From Eremomyces bilateralis CBS 781.70 (taxonomy: Eukaryota): DNA of 49,845 nt. The position numbers and the translations under genes were made by a program. The stretch lies in assembly GCA_010015585.1 (NCBI GenBank), contig ML975166.1; one strand, written 5' to 3'. A model generated the notes under the pieces. It did no database searches and was not told the origin of the DNA. It was given only the letters and a program-made list of their open reading frames with translations. Shown piece after piece: positions 20,403 to 33,470 of this stretch; within the stretch, counting starts at the first letter, position 1; each line of letters begins with the position of its first letter.

Positions 20403-22471
20403 TCAGCTCACCCGGTGATGATCTTCCTCATCAGACTGTGTATCATCGCGGTATGGTTGCAGTGTTTCTTCCATACGGTCGTTTTCTTCGTCTCCGGCCT
20501 TTTTTGGCTCCGCAGCACGCCATCCAGTTGCTGCCTGAGCCAATACCATCAAAGCCGTAAGGCCTGCGGCGGCGGCAAACAACCCCCGCGTCGCGTCCAC
20601 ATATGCGCCGATCGCAATCGATTTTTCTGGCTCTCCCAGTGTTCCAACAAGGGCTGGACTGCCCAGCAACTTTCTAACCAGTCCGGTTTTGTGTCCCAGC
20701 CCATGCCCCACGAATCCATTGGTGAGTGAGCGTTGAAGGGTTCGTGTAAAAACACCTCCTCCGATCGCCGATCCAAAGGAGCCAGCGAAGCCTCGGAAAG
20801 TGGCAAGTAACGAACTTGCGATGAAATGTGTGTGGGTTGGCGTCAGATGAAGAAGATGGGACAGCGTGTAGTTGAGTGAGGAGCCCGTGATCATGCCGTT
20901 CACAAAAGTCAAGGAAACAAAGAGCGCAGTTGATGATGTCGCCGTAGACGCGTAGGACATCGATAAGAGGCTAAGCGGGAATAGGATATTGGCTACGATG
21001 CTGGGACTAATCCAAATGATCAGTTGCATTCGATTCTGAGCATGTGCTGAACTCACATGTAGAAGCTGCCTGACCGCTTGATGTGCAGCCACCCGACTAA
21101 GATGCCACCCAGAGCGAATCCCGCATTTGTCGGAATCAATATCGATCCCGCTTTGGCGGAATGCCACTGTCGAACGGAGATGGCGTACACGGGGGTGTAA
21201 AACAGGATCGTCCATCGTGACATCATGAAACCAAGCGTGGCGATGCATGAGAAGAGCATGCCCCGAGACTTGAGAATCACCACTGGAATCACGGGATCTG
21301 AGGCCAGGTATGCTTCATTGAAAACGAAGATGGGCAGAATAATCAATGACAGAACGATTGGCAATATCTGGATGGTTGGTGAAGACAAGCCAAGAAGCAT
21401 GAGAAAAATGGTCGCAGTCTAGAATCGTTAGCATGCTGCCTCGGTTCAATAGAAGGAAGAACAGTACCAATGTGACGGCCCCTAAGTAGTCCAGACGCGC
21501 CAGCTTCTGTCGGAGAGAAACATCAGTCCGACTGTTATATTTCGAGGTTGAGAAATCCGGAAGTTTTATAAGTAGAACCAGCCCTGCTATGATAACAAAC
21601 GGGGATTGTCCCCAGAAAAGGGCTCTCTAGAATAGCGTCAACTCCTGAACTCTGTATCAGCTGCAGGATCCAACGTACCCAACCGATGACAGGTTCCAGT
21701 GCACCAGATAAGACAGCGCCGACGGAGACGCCGACAGTGTATCCCGTGTTTAACAGGCCGATAAATAACCCCCGCCGCTCGTCAGTAGCTAACTGTAGCA
21801 CGACGATCAAGGAGACTGTAAAGATGCCGGATGCTCCAACCCCCGTCACGACTCGCCCTACCAGGAAGAGGTCCAGATGTGGCGCGAGGCCGGTGATGAG
21901 GGATCCTATTGCGAAGATGACGGAGGCGGTGAACATGCACTGTTTTGGAGGAAATACGGTACAGAGCCGGCCTACTAATGGAGCAATGGATGACATTGCA
22001 ACCAAATATGCGCTCGTGAACCTGGTGATCGGTCAGTACTGGCTCAGGGGTATGCATTCGGGTTCGGAAGATACATTACCAGGTTACATTCTCAAAAGCA
22101 TCCAGTTCCGCAGCAATTGCGGATTGTGCGGTAGTCAAGAGCGAGATATTGGTAGCTTGAAGGAAAATAAGGATACTCATAGCGAAGACGATCAAGGTTC
22201 CCCGAAGCCGCATGCTCTGTCGCTTTGGCCACGGGGGAAATTCGGTGAGGTCGCCATCAACTATCGGGACCTGGTTGGCATCAGGTTGATCTGTTGCAGT
22301 TATTCCATTTCCGACACCGGGGAAGGTAGATTTCGACGACGCAAGCGATGCAGGCGAAGAAGGCGTATCTTGAAGAAGCGGAGTCTGCGCAGTGGTGATG
22401 GTGGTGGCGGTGGTGGTGGTGGAGGGGGTGGTGGAGGGAGACGACGGTGCGTCATCATCAGGACCAGCCAT
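20403..22471 (-). CDS. MFS transporter, DHA2/Vba-like family
   Basis: Five exons (introns 22079-22022, 21678-21627, 21467-21419, 21056-21007). FLQATNISLLTTAQSAIAAELDAF..VTWFTSAYL, PLVGRL, GRVVTGVGASG, RRGLFIGLLNTGYT.G...GA, RLDYLG, FRGFAGSFGSAIGG. Confidence 0.88.
22391..22440. repeat. Imperfect (GGT)n coding microsatellite in the MFS N-terminus (Thr/Pro/Ser tract)
   Basis: AGTGGTGATGGTGGTGGCGGTGGTGGTGGTGGAGGGGGTGGTGGAGGGAG; encodes PSTTPSTTTTATTITT on the minus strand. Confidence 0.7.
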
Positions 22472-23200
22472 GATGATGCTCTAATAGTTCTGGTTATCAA
22501 CCTGGTTTAATTCCCTCCTATGTTCGTAGGGATGGTTAAAGAGATGGATGCCATCAAGGTGAATCCGTTCTCGAGCTTAGTGGGGTTATTGGATTATTTC
22601 ATGTATTGGGAGGAATTCCAGCCCCGTGAAATTCTGGTTCTGTGGATGATGTAGTGGCTTCAACCTGATTGCTAAATATATCCAGTAAAGTTTGCAATAC
22701 ATAGGTCCTCAGTACCTATGCGTACTCAGTGCCGATTATGAATCCAAGCCAATACCTGTTATTAGGCAGTTTTCTGGTGGCATAAGGCATTAACAGATAA
22801 CGGGGATGACCGCAATCATGCATGCTGATATCATTGCTGGAGCACCCGGACATCGGATCGGATCTGAGTTATCAAAGCTGCAATACTGAATACGCCATAT
22901 GGATAGTCGGATACTCTCGCATTCAGCCGGGTCCCGCCCCAGCCAACGCTGGGGACCCACTAACCAGCAATATGCTATTGGAAATTGCTAATAATATCCC
23001 GTCTCGAACTCTCGGTCGTGTGTGTGGTTAGGTAGATGCTCGATAAGACGATGCAATATACGAGATCACGGTGTAGTGAGTGAGTGCACACATCTCAGCC
23101 AAACGACACTGTGAGAACCCAGGGCGGAGGCAAGACCTTGCTTCGACATGCTTGAATTTTTGAACCCAGGTGCTCCGGATATTTCTTTTAATGATATGGA

Positions 23201-24909
23201 TCAATTAACCCTCACCATTCCTTGCCCAATCGACCAAGGCTTCGATTCTGGCCCGAAAAGCAAATGAGGCTTCCGTTCCGCCAGATCCAATACTGTCTGC
23301 GCGAACACGCTATTCGCCCACGCGAACCAGCTCCGAGTGTACTGTCGCTTGTTCTCCACGTTCACACTCTCGTGAATCAACCCCAGGAGACTGGCATTCT
23401 TCACCAAGCCCACGGCTCCCATGATCTCCTCATCGTCGTCGCTCGTCATGGCTTGAACGAGCAAACTCATCGGCCATGCGTTCCGAACCCCGATATGGGG
23501 ACCTCCTATGCCATGGAACTCCTCGCCGATCAAGTAATACGGATTCCCTTGTGCGGAGAGGATCATCTTCCGGGTGTTCCGGTACGTCTCATCATCTCGG
23601 CTCACAAAGCCGAGGAGTGGAAGAGCGAGGAGGGAGGGCAAATTCGCATCGTCCATGAGCAAATGCGACCCGTACCCGTCCACTTCGAAGGCGAACACCT
23701 TCCCCCACTTCTCGTGTTGCACCGTTCCATGCTCCCAGACGCTGCGCTCGATGCTTTCCCCCTTGCCTCTCACCGTCGATGCGAGCGTGGACTTGCCCGC
23801 AGCGGCGAGCAAGTCGGCAGTCCTCTTCAGTTCCACCGCCATCATCGCATTGCCGGGAATGAAGAACCCGAATATCGTGGCATCGTCGCTGGGTCGGAAT
23901 GCGCTGCGGACCAGTCCGGTGTCTGCACCCAGTGGATTCCCGATCCCGGCCAGATTCAGGGTCTCGGTCCCGGTGTTAGCCATTCTCTGGAACCGATATT
24001 CATTTTGTACGTACGCGCCCGTGACAGGGTGGAACGTGCTACGGCTCTGTTCGTCAATTACACGCATCACCGTATTGAGCGCGGTGTACCAGCGCGGAGT
24101 AAGGAATGCCGTGCTACCGGTGGTCGCGTGGAATTGGTTCGCGAGCGATAAGAATGCCGCGAGGCTGTCGAGCTCATACTTGCATTCGAAGACGAAGGAA
24201 GGCTCATACATGGGATGAACCGTGTCGGCTTGTCCGCTCCCGGTTGGGGGAAGCCGTGACGGCGGCGGGGGCTGGAAGGCATTGCAATACGGCGACTTGA
24301 TCACGTACTCCGCTTGAGTATTGATGGCGCCAAGGATCAGCGATTCGAGCGCTTTGTCGAGCTTCGCGAGGCGCTGGTACTGTGAGAGCTGATTGGTAGA
24401 GTCGCGCAACCATTCCGCGTTGATATCTCCAGTGACCACGAAGCTCTGAGGACCCTCCCACTCATGTTCCTGCCGGGTTGACCGTTCCTTCGGCCTCGGC
24501 TGCGCGCCATTGTCATGCCATCGGATCGTCGTGTCTAAGGTGTTGGGAAAGGCGTTCTCGAAGATCCGCGCAAGGTCCTTATCAACCATCTTCTCGACCA
24601 TTGATCCGATGACCTCGTCCACCGCTGTGGACTGGAAAGTTCGACATCGTGTGGAAGGGCGTTGGAATGGTAGCTGCAAGGGGCCGGTGCTGAATGGCGG
24701 GCTGTTTTATGTAAGATACGGCCCATACCCTAAAGATTCCGTGCTCAGCCTTACTGCGGGTTTGCGGAGTATTGTTTGTAGTCTGGACATGCCAGCGTAA
24801 AACCTAGATCGAATCCCCCGGAGGATGTTTGATCTTCGAGGCTTTGCGCAGTTGACAGGCAGGTCGACGCGGATGCTAGCAGGAGCAATGAAGCGGATAT
24901 GGGCCTCAT
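23201..24909 (-). CDS. Glycoside hydrolase family 125 (DUF1237; exo-alpha-1,6-mannosidase-like), secreted, 551 aa
   Basis: Exons 24909-24755 and 24701-23201 (intron 24754-24702). Signal peptide MRPISASLLLLASASTCLS, then CPDY..YS..PH.PFSTGPLQLPFQRP, FENAFPNTLDTT, VTGDINAEWLRDS, FECKYELDSL, SAFRPSDDA, MDDANLPSLL, GIGGPH, YTRSWFAWANS. Confidence 0.92.
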
Positions 24910-26048
24910 CCTTGGAGTGTGAAAGTGTCCAGGCTATTCTAGGAGGCTATTCTAGTAGCCCACCGAGTGTCACGATACGCTATCATGTCGTTCAGGGCTC
25001 ATTCGATGTTGAGGCGGCTGAATGGCTCGTTCCCATCAATCCTAATCCATTTGAGCTATGTCAAGCTGGAGACACACCGATCCCGTATATATAACCAGTC
25101 CTGAGGAAAAGCAGGGAGGGTTAAGTGGATTGGCAGGAGCAAACACAGCTATCACGCAGTAGTACTGGGTACATGAGCTAAGATGGAGTTGATGGTTGTG
25201 AGAGGTGTTCTGTGTGCGAACAGGGTCCTGTTACCAAAGTCGGATGCACGGTGCAACCGTTCTACTTATGGGGATTGTGATCATCAACATCAAACATGTA
25301 GAATGGCGGCACGGAGGTACACGTACGGAAGTCCCAAGACATAAGTACGTACTAGAGTAGTCCATAATCATTCGAAGTACAAATACGAACTTCGTTACAG
25401 GTCGGATTAGTTGTAGAGTGCAGAGGTATCCTCGTAATTGTACCAGGGAACAATGGGAGAGATGTTATTATTACGGTTACAGTTATCATATATCAGGCAA
25501 TAAGGCCGTAAGGCCATAAACCAAATTTTATGTCGCGGTTCGAATGATGTCATCACACCGATGTAGCAGCACTGAGGCCTGAGAGTGAGGACCTGCTCTG
25601 TACGCTAGCTACATACTTCATACTCATCGTACAGCTTAACTAGTGAACAGTACATAGGGCGGAAGTACCGTAATGTCAGAGTACAATCACATAGTACGTT
25701 CGCATTACGCCGTGTCCTTGCTCGTCGTCTGTTCTGTTAAGCTGTTGCCCCGCTCCCCCCCTCACTACTTCCACCCATGATACCTGGCTCCTCGCTCACC
25801 GGTCACAAATGTTAGGCCTAGAACGGTTATGTTGCTTCTAAAGCCATGTGCAATTCGAAACCCTGGATTAGAGGTACCCCAAATAAATCATATCATACAG
25901 GTATAGAACGATAATAGACTTGATAACCGAATAGAGCGTAACATCGTCAATGCATGAGTGCCACCTTATGGCCCACTGGGGTCGGTTGCCAGACACGATC
26001 ACAGTCGCCATTTCACATCCCAGACTGCCTGTCCATACTTAAGCCAGT

Positions 26049-26678
26049 TCATGACTTGGTCTTCTTGAGAATGCCCCATCCCTAGATCCCGACTGCGTTA
26101 GCCTTGGTCCTTCCAACCGGACCATCCAAAGCACCACTTGCCTTTTCCTTGAGCTTATCAAAGTACGCCTTATCCCGCTCCGAGCCCTTGACATGGCCAT
26201 CACGAGATCCCGGCGTCGCGTAGATGCTGCCCTTGCGACGCTGAAACTGCGAAGGAGGGACCTTGGACGTGTCTGCGAAAATGTTCATGGTTCGTCAGCC
26301 TGGTGGTCGCACAATGTTCGTCATGCTCCAGCCACTCACCCCACTCCTTGCTCATCCTGCGATCCTTCCCGGGAGACGTCGACCCTTCTTTCATGTCCTC
26401 GGAGCCTGCAACATCTGCAAGGTTTTCTTCCTTGAAAGGGTCCTCGTTGCCCTCGCTCTGGCCTGAAATCGGGCCTTGCGACTCGACAGCGGGTGGGGTG
26501 CTAGGCCTAGCATCGCTGCCTACGCATTTGCCAATGTTAGAAACTTTTGTTTCGGGATCAATTCATAAGTAAAGAAATCGATTGACATAAACAAAGGCCG
26601 CATAATACACAGGAATCCGGACAGGGAGGGGATATCGTTACCTGATGTCATAGTTGTGGACTCGGTCGCTGCAGCCAT
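26049..26678 (-). CDS. Small hydrophilic fungal protein, 126 aa, four exons (last intron GC-AG)
   Basis: Exons 26678-26642, 26519-26340, 26272-26142 and 26081-26049 splice in frame to MAAATESTTMTSG..RRMSKEWDTSKVPPSQFQRRKGSIYATPGSRDGHV..DKAYFDKLKEKGWGILKKTKS*. All three introns have CTAAC/CTGAC branch points; TATA-like TTTAAATA near 26890. Confidence 0.8.
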
Positions 26679-28271
26679 GATGCTATAACCTTGGCAGTTC
26701 CTTTCACAAAAGCTTGAGATTAGAAACAACCAATTCTTGAGGACTCGACGCAAATAGCAGAAGAAATTTCTTAATAACAAGACAATGGGTTTGTTGATAT
26801 GAGTGATGTGTCCGAGAGGTTAGGGTGGATGATGAGAAGCGGGGAGAGGCTAGATGGGGAAGGGCGTCACTGAAGGGCTGGATCCCAGGTATTTAAACCC
26901 CGCGGGAGCAGCAAGGCAAACCCGATCCAGGATTCCAGGCCATACGGTTTCAATGAGCAACCAAGGGCAGAATGGTGAGAAAGGATTGGCTCACGGATTG
27001 ACTCAACCTCCGCCGCCTCTGCTGCTGTGATGCTGTGACTGGCTCATCAGTTGATCATCTCATCTATAGATTCCTGGATCGTGGCGGAGCGGGAGGGGCA
27101 CGCCAGTCATGTGCGTTCAAATAGGCCTGAAAAATTACCTGTAACAGAGGAACTCAGTCAGACCAGTAGGTACTGATACTTCCATGGTAGTCAAGGAACT
27201 TGAACTCTAGTCCTGTTCATGTCGTCGACGAAGGCGCATCCTTCATCACGATCACTTCGTTTACCGGTATCCGGGGTCTACAGACTACAGACCACAGACT
27301 CACAGGATACAACCCATTGTACAGATATATATTCTTGCGTAAGACTCGATATCATTAACATGCTGATGAGTCTGGTTCATGACATGATGAGAAGGATGTG
27401 GTTCCTCTAGCGCGAGGAATCGACGACTAGGATCTAGGATTCTAGGTAACCCCAGACGCTAACGCCTAACGTCTCTTAAGTTGCTCCCAACGGTTGGGGT
27501 TCTAACTTCTATGGAGACGTAGACGTGTGGACTGCAGAGTGGAGGTCTTTGACTGGAGGGTCCTGTCTTCGATGTGCTATTGAAATTGAACGAAGGGAAA
27601 GGTAAATCACTTCACGTTTACTGCCGATCCCCATCCCAATCAAACCACACCAACGAAAGCATGTCGAGTACCTAGTACCCAACAGAATTGACCACTTCCG
27701 TATGATCGCAGCTGACCAGTGACGACATACGTTCATCTCCCGCGTACTGTTAGCTACCGGTAATCCGCAAAGTCCAGAACGACAGCACCAAGCTTATCCC
27801 GCCCAATACGTGGGACTGAGGGATTTTCGTGAGGCCAAGACGATTGAGGCTGTGCAAGCAATTAAACAAGCCCAGACAATCGCCCTAGCCGCTGCAGAAC
27901 TCTTGATCTCACCTTGTTTGGACGTCGAAGGACGACCACCCTCCGGACTCCATTTTCTGGAGCATGTGTTCTTGGATGAGGCGGCTTGGATCGGTGGATA
28001 ACCACCACTCCGTGCTTTCGAGCGAGCCACGAGCACCAAACAAGACGCCACGTCGGAATAATGAATCGCAAGTAGCATTCCAATACAGGATCTATGTAAG
28101 CTCCACCCGTCCCATCGGAAAGGAGCCGTGAATTCCAACCGCCAACCGTGTTACGCCCGCTCTATGCAAGATGAATGTGCGCAGTTGCACCGCAGAGGTC
28201 AAGAGAAAAGAAAGAATGAGTATGGTGTGAGTACAAGGAGGATCATCCAGCTGAGAACATGGGGGGTGTTG

Positions 28272-30819
28272 TTATAAGTCTTCATCCAAATCAATCGCAT
28301 CGGGATTGGCCTCGACCGGCGCATCTGCGGCCGTAGGTTGATTCCCCCCCTCAGCTCCCGTGCTAGCGGCCACGAATCCAACCGGGGCACGAGCTTGTCG
28401 TTCAAGAGCAGCCATGGCGTCGGCAGCTTCGCCATCTTCAGCACCACCAAAGGGGGCTTCTCCGGTTTGGTTTTGCGCTTGACTTCGAGCAATGGCTTGG
28501 GAGGCAATAAAGCTGACATCGGTACTGCAGCCTGGTTAGGACGATATGAAAGGAATGGAGATATGGAACGTACTTGTATTGGGCTTGGACACTTCTCTTG
28601 ATGCGAAGCATCTCTTTGAACGTGTCCTCGTTGCCGTGTCGCACTTCGAATGACTCCCACTTCTGCCAAAAGCCGGGGTTAGTTCGGGGGTCGCAGAACT
28701 GGGACCCATGTCCATAGATTGCCCGGGCACGATCGATCTCGCCGAGTTTCCGCTCCATGTCGGCGAATTTCAGACACATCTCCTTCGCTTCTGCGTCCGG
28801 AAGTGCTTCGATCGCTCGCTCGTAGATGGGTCGGGTCGAAGCAACCCCGAAATTGGACGCCGATTTGGTGATGTAGAAGTTGAACATCTCCATCCGGTCC
28901 TCGTCGGACACTGCGCGAGTTGCCCGGTCATAGATCCGCATCGCATGACGCGTCAAACCACGCTCCTCTTCAAGAGCTCCGTACATGAGGTAAAGAACTT
29001 TGGCAAACTTGGGCGGACATCCTTCTACGGCCTGTTCGAACAGGTCTCGAAGTCGCTCGATGCTGATTCTTCGGTCGACAGCCTTAGTGAGGTAGAGGTT
29101 CCATATCTCGAAAGCCACGGGATAGCTGAACAAATCCAATCCCCGCTCGTAGATTTTGAACGACTCTTCGTAATACTGGTTTTCCTCCAAAAGGTTGGCA
29201 TAATTCACCACCGTTTGAGGGGTCGCGATCCGTAGTTCGAAGATTCTTTCGTAGATCTTGCGGGTCTCGTCCAGTGTCCCGACGCTCTCCACCAGGTCGA
29301 CGTAGAAGCTCCATAACTTCCAACTCTTATGCACCCTTTGTTGCGGTGATAATGTTTCGTCGAAATAGTCCACCTTGGACCGTTTGGGGGCTTGCGTCGC
29401 TTTCGCCATAATCTCGACCGCCTTGTCGAAATTCTCGTTACGCAGCTCCATTTCCGCCCATTCGCACCACATGTCTGCCAACTCTGCAACGGATTTGAAT
29501 GGGACTTTGACCGCCTTCTCCATGATGACCCGAGCGTTCAAAATGTCCGCTCCCGCCTCGTAGAATTTGGCATAATTCGCCCACAGGTCGTGGAACTTCC
29601 CGACCGCTTTCTTCGGATGTGTGGTAGCAATGGCATCCGTGTAGGTCTGTACCACCTCTTTCTTGTTGTCGCCCCATAGCGCCACCCGTTTCTGCCACTC
29701 GTTAACGTTGTTGGGGTTCTGACGGAGAAGAACGTCGTTGACGAGGAACGGTCTTCGATCCATCAATTGCTCGAACCTCATCATGCGAATATCCAGATCG
29801 AGATCCGCTTCAGGGTCCACGCGTCCTTTCTCCGATCGTGCTGCCGCCTCCTCCATCTGAATTCCGATGAGGGTTTCCTCCGCCTCGGTGTAGGACTCAA
29901 AAACGATCACGAAATCGCGGACCGTCATGACGGTTGTGATCCCCTCTTCGAAGACGTCTCTTGCCCTTTCGTAATCGCCCTTGTTCATCCAGTACTTGGC
30001 CAGGCTCACCCAAAGAATTCCTCTTTGGTCGGAGAACTTGGCGATCCCACTCCGCACGATTCGGTCGACATCGATGCCAGTGTCTTCGCCAGCCTCGACT
30101 TCGGTTGCATGGTCGATCAGCAACTCGAGCATCTCGGTCCACATTTCGAAGGGGCCTTTGGCTTCCTTGCTCTTGAAGCGGGGATTATTCAAGATATCCA
30201 TGTATGTCTTCACGGCCTCAGTATACCGTCTGGCATCGACGAGAAGCTCGATGAAATCCTCCGCCTCTTCGGGATGTATTTGCATATACCGCCTCCATAT
30301 CCGGATGGCCGTCTCGCCTGACGCGGAGTTTGCAAACGGACGGTATAGCGCCCAAACCCGGGCATGTTGCGTAATAGGAAGCGCACGTAAAGCTCGGTCG
30401 AAAGTTCTTCGCGTGGTTGTGACGAGAGGCTGCTTCATTAAAAATGACAGGTACATCTCCCAGATTCTCGGCATTTTATTGAGGAGAATCAATGCCCGTT
30501 CGAACAAGGTGTTGACCTTGAGGAAATGCGGAGCATACTTGGCTGGATTTCGTCCATCCAGGTGCTTGACCCTTAAACTTAGGTATAATTTCCATAGTTT
30601 ATAGGAGCGCGGTAACGTTGTGACGGCTCGTTCGAGGACGAAGGATTGGGCAAGTAGGCTTGCGCCTTGCTGGCGCTTGAAATGGACATAGTCCAGCCAG
30701 GGCTTGACGCGTCCGGGGTTCCGGATGAGTTCTTGTTCATACAGGATGTCGCCGTCATTAATGAGATAGAGGTCGGGCCGGAGAGCTTTCGGGTGCTTGT
30801 GAGGATTCTTGGTCGCCAT
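28272..30819 (-). CDS. SYF1: Pre-mRNA splicing factor Syf1 (HAT/TPR repeats), 832 aa
   Basis: Exons 30819-28574 and 28524-28272. YEQELIRNP..VKPWL.Y, LPRSYKLW, KMPRIWEMY, TRRTFDRALRALPITQH, LLRQNPNNV.EW, HGNEDTFKEMLRIKRSVQAQYNTDV, and ANPDAIDLDE at the C-terminus. Confidence 0.96.
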
Positions 30820-31399
30820 CTTGGAGGAGTTTGGGGTTGAAGAGTATAGAAGACTTCCAGGCATCGCGCTGGCCACGCGCAGCAACCGGCGCGGTCGACC
30901 GGAGACTCTTAACTCGTGGGCTAGGCGAAGGATTCAGGTAATGAGCGTGCTTCGTATCAATGGATGGGCGGAGAATACTGAAGTAATGAAAGGCTGTCCC
31001 AGAACGCGTGTGGAGGCAGTTTGATACGAAGTGTGAGAATCAGGCAGTAAGGCACAAAGTGAGGCAGGGAACCGACTGGAGGACTTCTCTACTCCACTCC
31101 TCCACTTATGGTTGATGCCTTGTGACCTTAACTCACTGCAGGGAAGGAGCTTGGGCCACCCCGACTGATTGCGGCGGTACCACCACCGCCGATGCCTTGA
31201 TCGATGCCAACTGCAGGTGAAGTTTGAAGGGGCCAGGACGGACAAGGTCTCTCGTGAACTGCCATCAACCGCATTTTTGTTTTGTTTTGTGTTCTGCTAT
31301 TACTCAGAGTCGTACCGGAGACCAAGGTTATAGAGTCCACGGCTCGGAGGACTGGACTTCATCACACCTTCATAAAGCCGACATTCGTATAGAGCAACG

Positions 31400-32379
31400 A
31401 TGTCTGGCAGCGGGGTATGGAATCATATCATGGCTTTGGATGAAGTCAAGATACTAACAAAGGCCCAAAGGCTCGAGAAACGGTGTTCCCCACCCGTCAA
31501 TCCCTAGGGTTGATGAAAAGCAAACTAAAGGGTGCTCAACAAGGCCACGACTTGCTGAAGCGGAAGAGTGAGGCCCTCACCAAGTATGTTTCCCGCTACC
31601 TTGCAATTATACCATTGTCTCGAGATCCTGAATACTAACAGTCCTTAGGCGGTTTCGAGGTAGGATACCTCCATGATCAATCCGTGTTGCAGCCAATTAA
31701 AGCGCCCCATCAGAGATCACACGCCGCATCGATGAAGCGAAACGGAAAATGGGTCGAGTGATGCAAATCGCCGCCTTCTCCTTGGCCGAAGTCACCTACG
31801 CCGTCGGTGGTGATATCGGCTACCAAATCCAAGAATCGGCCAAATCCGCTCGGTTCAGAGTACGGACGAAGCAGGAGAATGTTTCGGGGGTTCTGCTTCC
31901 AGCATTCGAAAGCTATACCACCGAAGGGAACAACGATTTCCAACTCACAGGTCTCGGTAAAGGCGGTCAACAGGTCCAACGATGCCGCGAGACGTACGCG
32001 CGGGCAGTGGAGACGCTCGTCGAGCTCGCCAGTCTCCAAACAGCGTTCGTCATTTTGGACGAGGTCATCAAGGTGGTCAATCGGAGAGTCAACGCAATGT
32101 ATGAGCCTGCCCATGCCGGCCGCAACGTAAAGCTCACATATGCACAGCGAACATGTCATCATCCCGAGAACTGAGAACACCATCAAATACATCAACTCCG
32201 AGCTGGATGAACTCGACCGAGAGGAGTTTTATCGCCTGAAGAAGGTGTCGGGGAAGAAAGGGCGCGATGCGGCAGCTGCGGAGAAGGAAAGGGAAGCAAA
32301 CTCCAAAAAGATCGCGGAGAGTGAAGAGGGAACGACGGATTTGCTCGGTGATCAAGAGAACGAAGATGTCATATTCTAA
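31400..32379 (+). CDS. VMA8: V-type proton ATPase subunit D, 251 aa
   Basis: Exons 31400-31414, 31471-31583, 31649-31659 (11 nt), 31714-32098, 32148-32379. REtVFPTRQSLG.MK.KL.GA..GH.LLKRKSEALTKRFR, ENVSGVLLP.F, GLGKGGQQV, LASLQTAF, NRRVNAIEHVIIPR, ELDELDREEFYRLKK. Confidence 0.96.
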
Positions 32380-32567
32380 CCTGCTTTTCGTTCGGTTCCC
32401 TGGCAATGGATGCTTAAATCCACCATGTTCGGCGTTTGAAGGAGTCCGTTTTTGCCTTGAAGGACGCCTGTACGTAGTGTTGTATTGGACTGCCACCCAT
32501 GCAAATACCGGAATGAGATAATTCCACCAACGCCTTGCTCAACCTTTTGCCATGCGATGAACACCGT

Positions 32568-33470
32568 TCATTGTCTCTGGAACGTCACTTTGATGGGACG
32601 GTCCCCCTCTCCAAGCACCATGCCCGCTGTTCTTTCCTTTGCACTAATTGCTCCCGTCTCTGCCTCATATTCCACGAACGCTATTCCGCTCCGTCCAGGC
32701 ACTAGGCGAACCTCTTTGAATCCCTCGAAGCGACTGAAAATGGCAGTCAAAGCATCGATATCGTAGCCATCGGGGATATTCTGCACAAACAGGATCTTGT
32801 TCGGTGGGAGGTACTCGTCGGGGATGACCGCTCCAGCTCCCGCGGTGGATTTGAGACCAGCGCCTTTGGATGGTTTCGCAGGTCGTGCTGGTGTCGGTTC
32901 GGGGGCGACGCCGGCAGGTCGTTTCAGTTTCTTCTGGCTCTCCTGCGCTTCAAGAGCCTGCTTCCGCTCTAGAGAGATCGATCAGCACGTGAATATCAGA
33001 TGGAGTTCCGCAATGCGTTTCGTACCTTTTTCTGCCAAACGCGCCCGCTTGTGCGCCTCGAACGTAGATTCATCTCCGGACCGTAATATGGTGGCGTCGC
33101 TTTTGGTTCGCGCATAGTCCAAAGCCATGGGTTTTTCGAACAGCTCGAACCCTTGCACTTCCTCGATCGCCTTCGTTGCGGATTCCGTGCTATCAAAGAC
33201 TACGAAGGCTTGGCCTTTCGCTTTGAGATTCCGCTTCGCGACAATCTCGACGACATTTCCGTACTCGCTGAAGATTTCGCTGAGGGCTTCCTTGAGGTCG
33301 TCGACCTTGACTCTCTCTTCGAGGTTGCGGACCTAGTCATTATAAGTATCTAGAATTATCGGTAACCCCATGCTTTGCAACACCTACATAGACTCTAGCA
33401 GTTGGTCAGTATGGAATCTCTCGAACGGTGACAATGCTTACGTCTCGTTTGGTGCTGACACCGCTGCCAT
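32568..33470 (-). CDS. U1 snRNP protein A / U2B'' family, two RRM domains, 247 aa
   Basis: Exons 33470-33442, 33394-33388 (7 nt), 33332-33026, 32968-32568. RRM1 PNETVYVRNLEE...KAKGQAFVVF; RRM2 PPNKILFVQNIP...FEGFKEVRLVPGRSGIAFVEYE...IKVTFQRQ. Confidence 0.92.

Noticed and set aside
21686..22510. 274-aa plus-strand ORF with poly-Gly
   Set aside because: Antisense to the MFS gene; the poly-Gly comes from the GGT microsatellite.
23222..24218. 309-aa and 214-aa plus-strand ORFs
   Set aside because: Antisense to the GC-rich GH125 CDS; no motifs.
25530..25550. GGTTCGAAT B-box/T-loop-like sequence
   Set aside because: No cloverleaf stems or A-box around it; not a tRNA.
27810..28001. Short ORF containing GLHFLEHVF, resembling the M16 peptidase HxxEH motif
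   Set aside because: Only 63 codons, non-ATG start, no other M16 features; likely chance.
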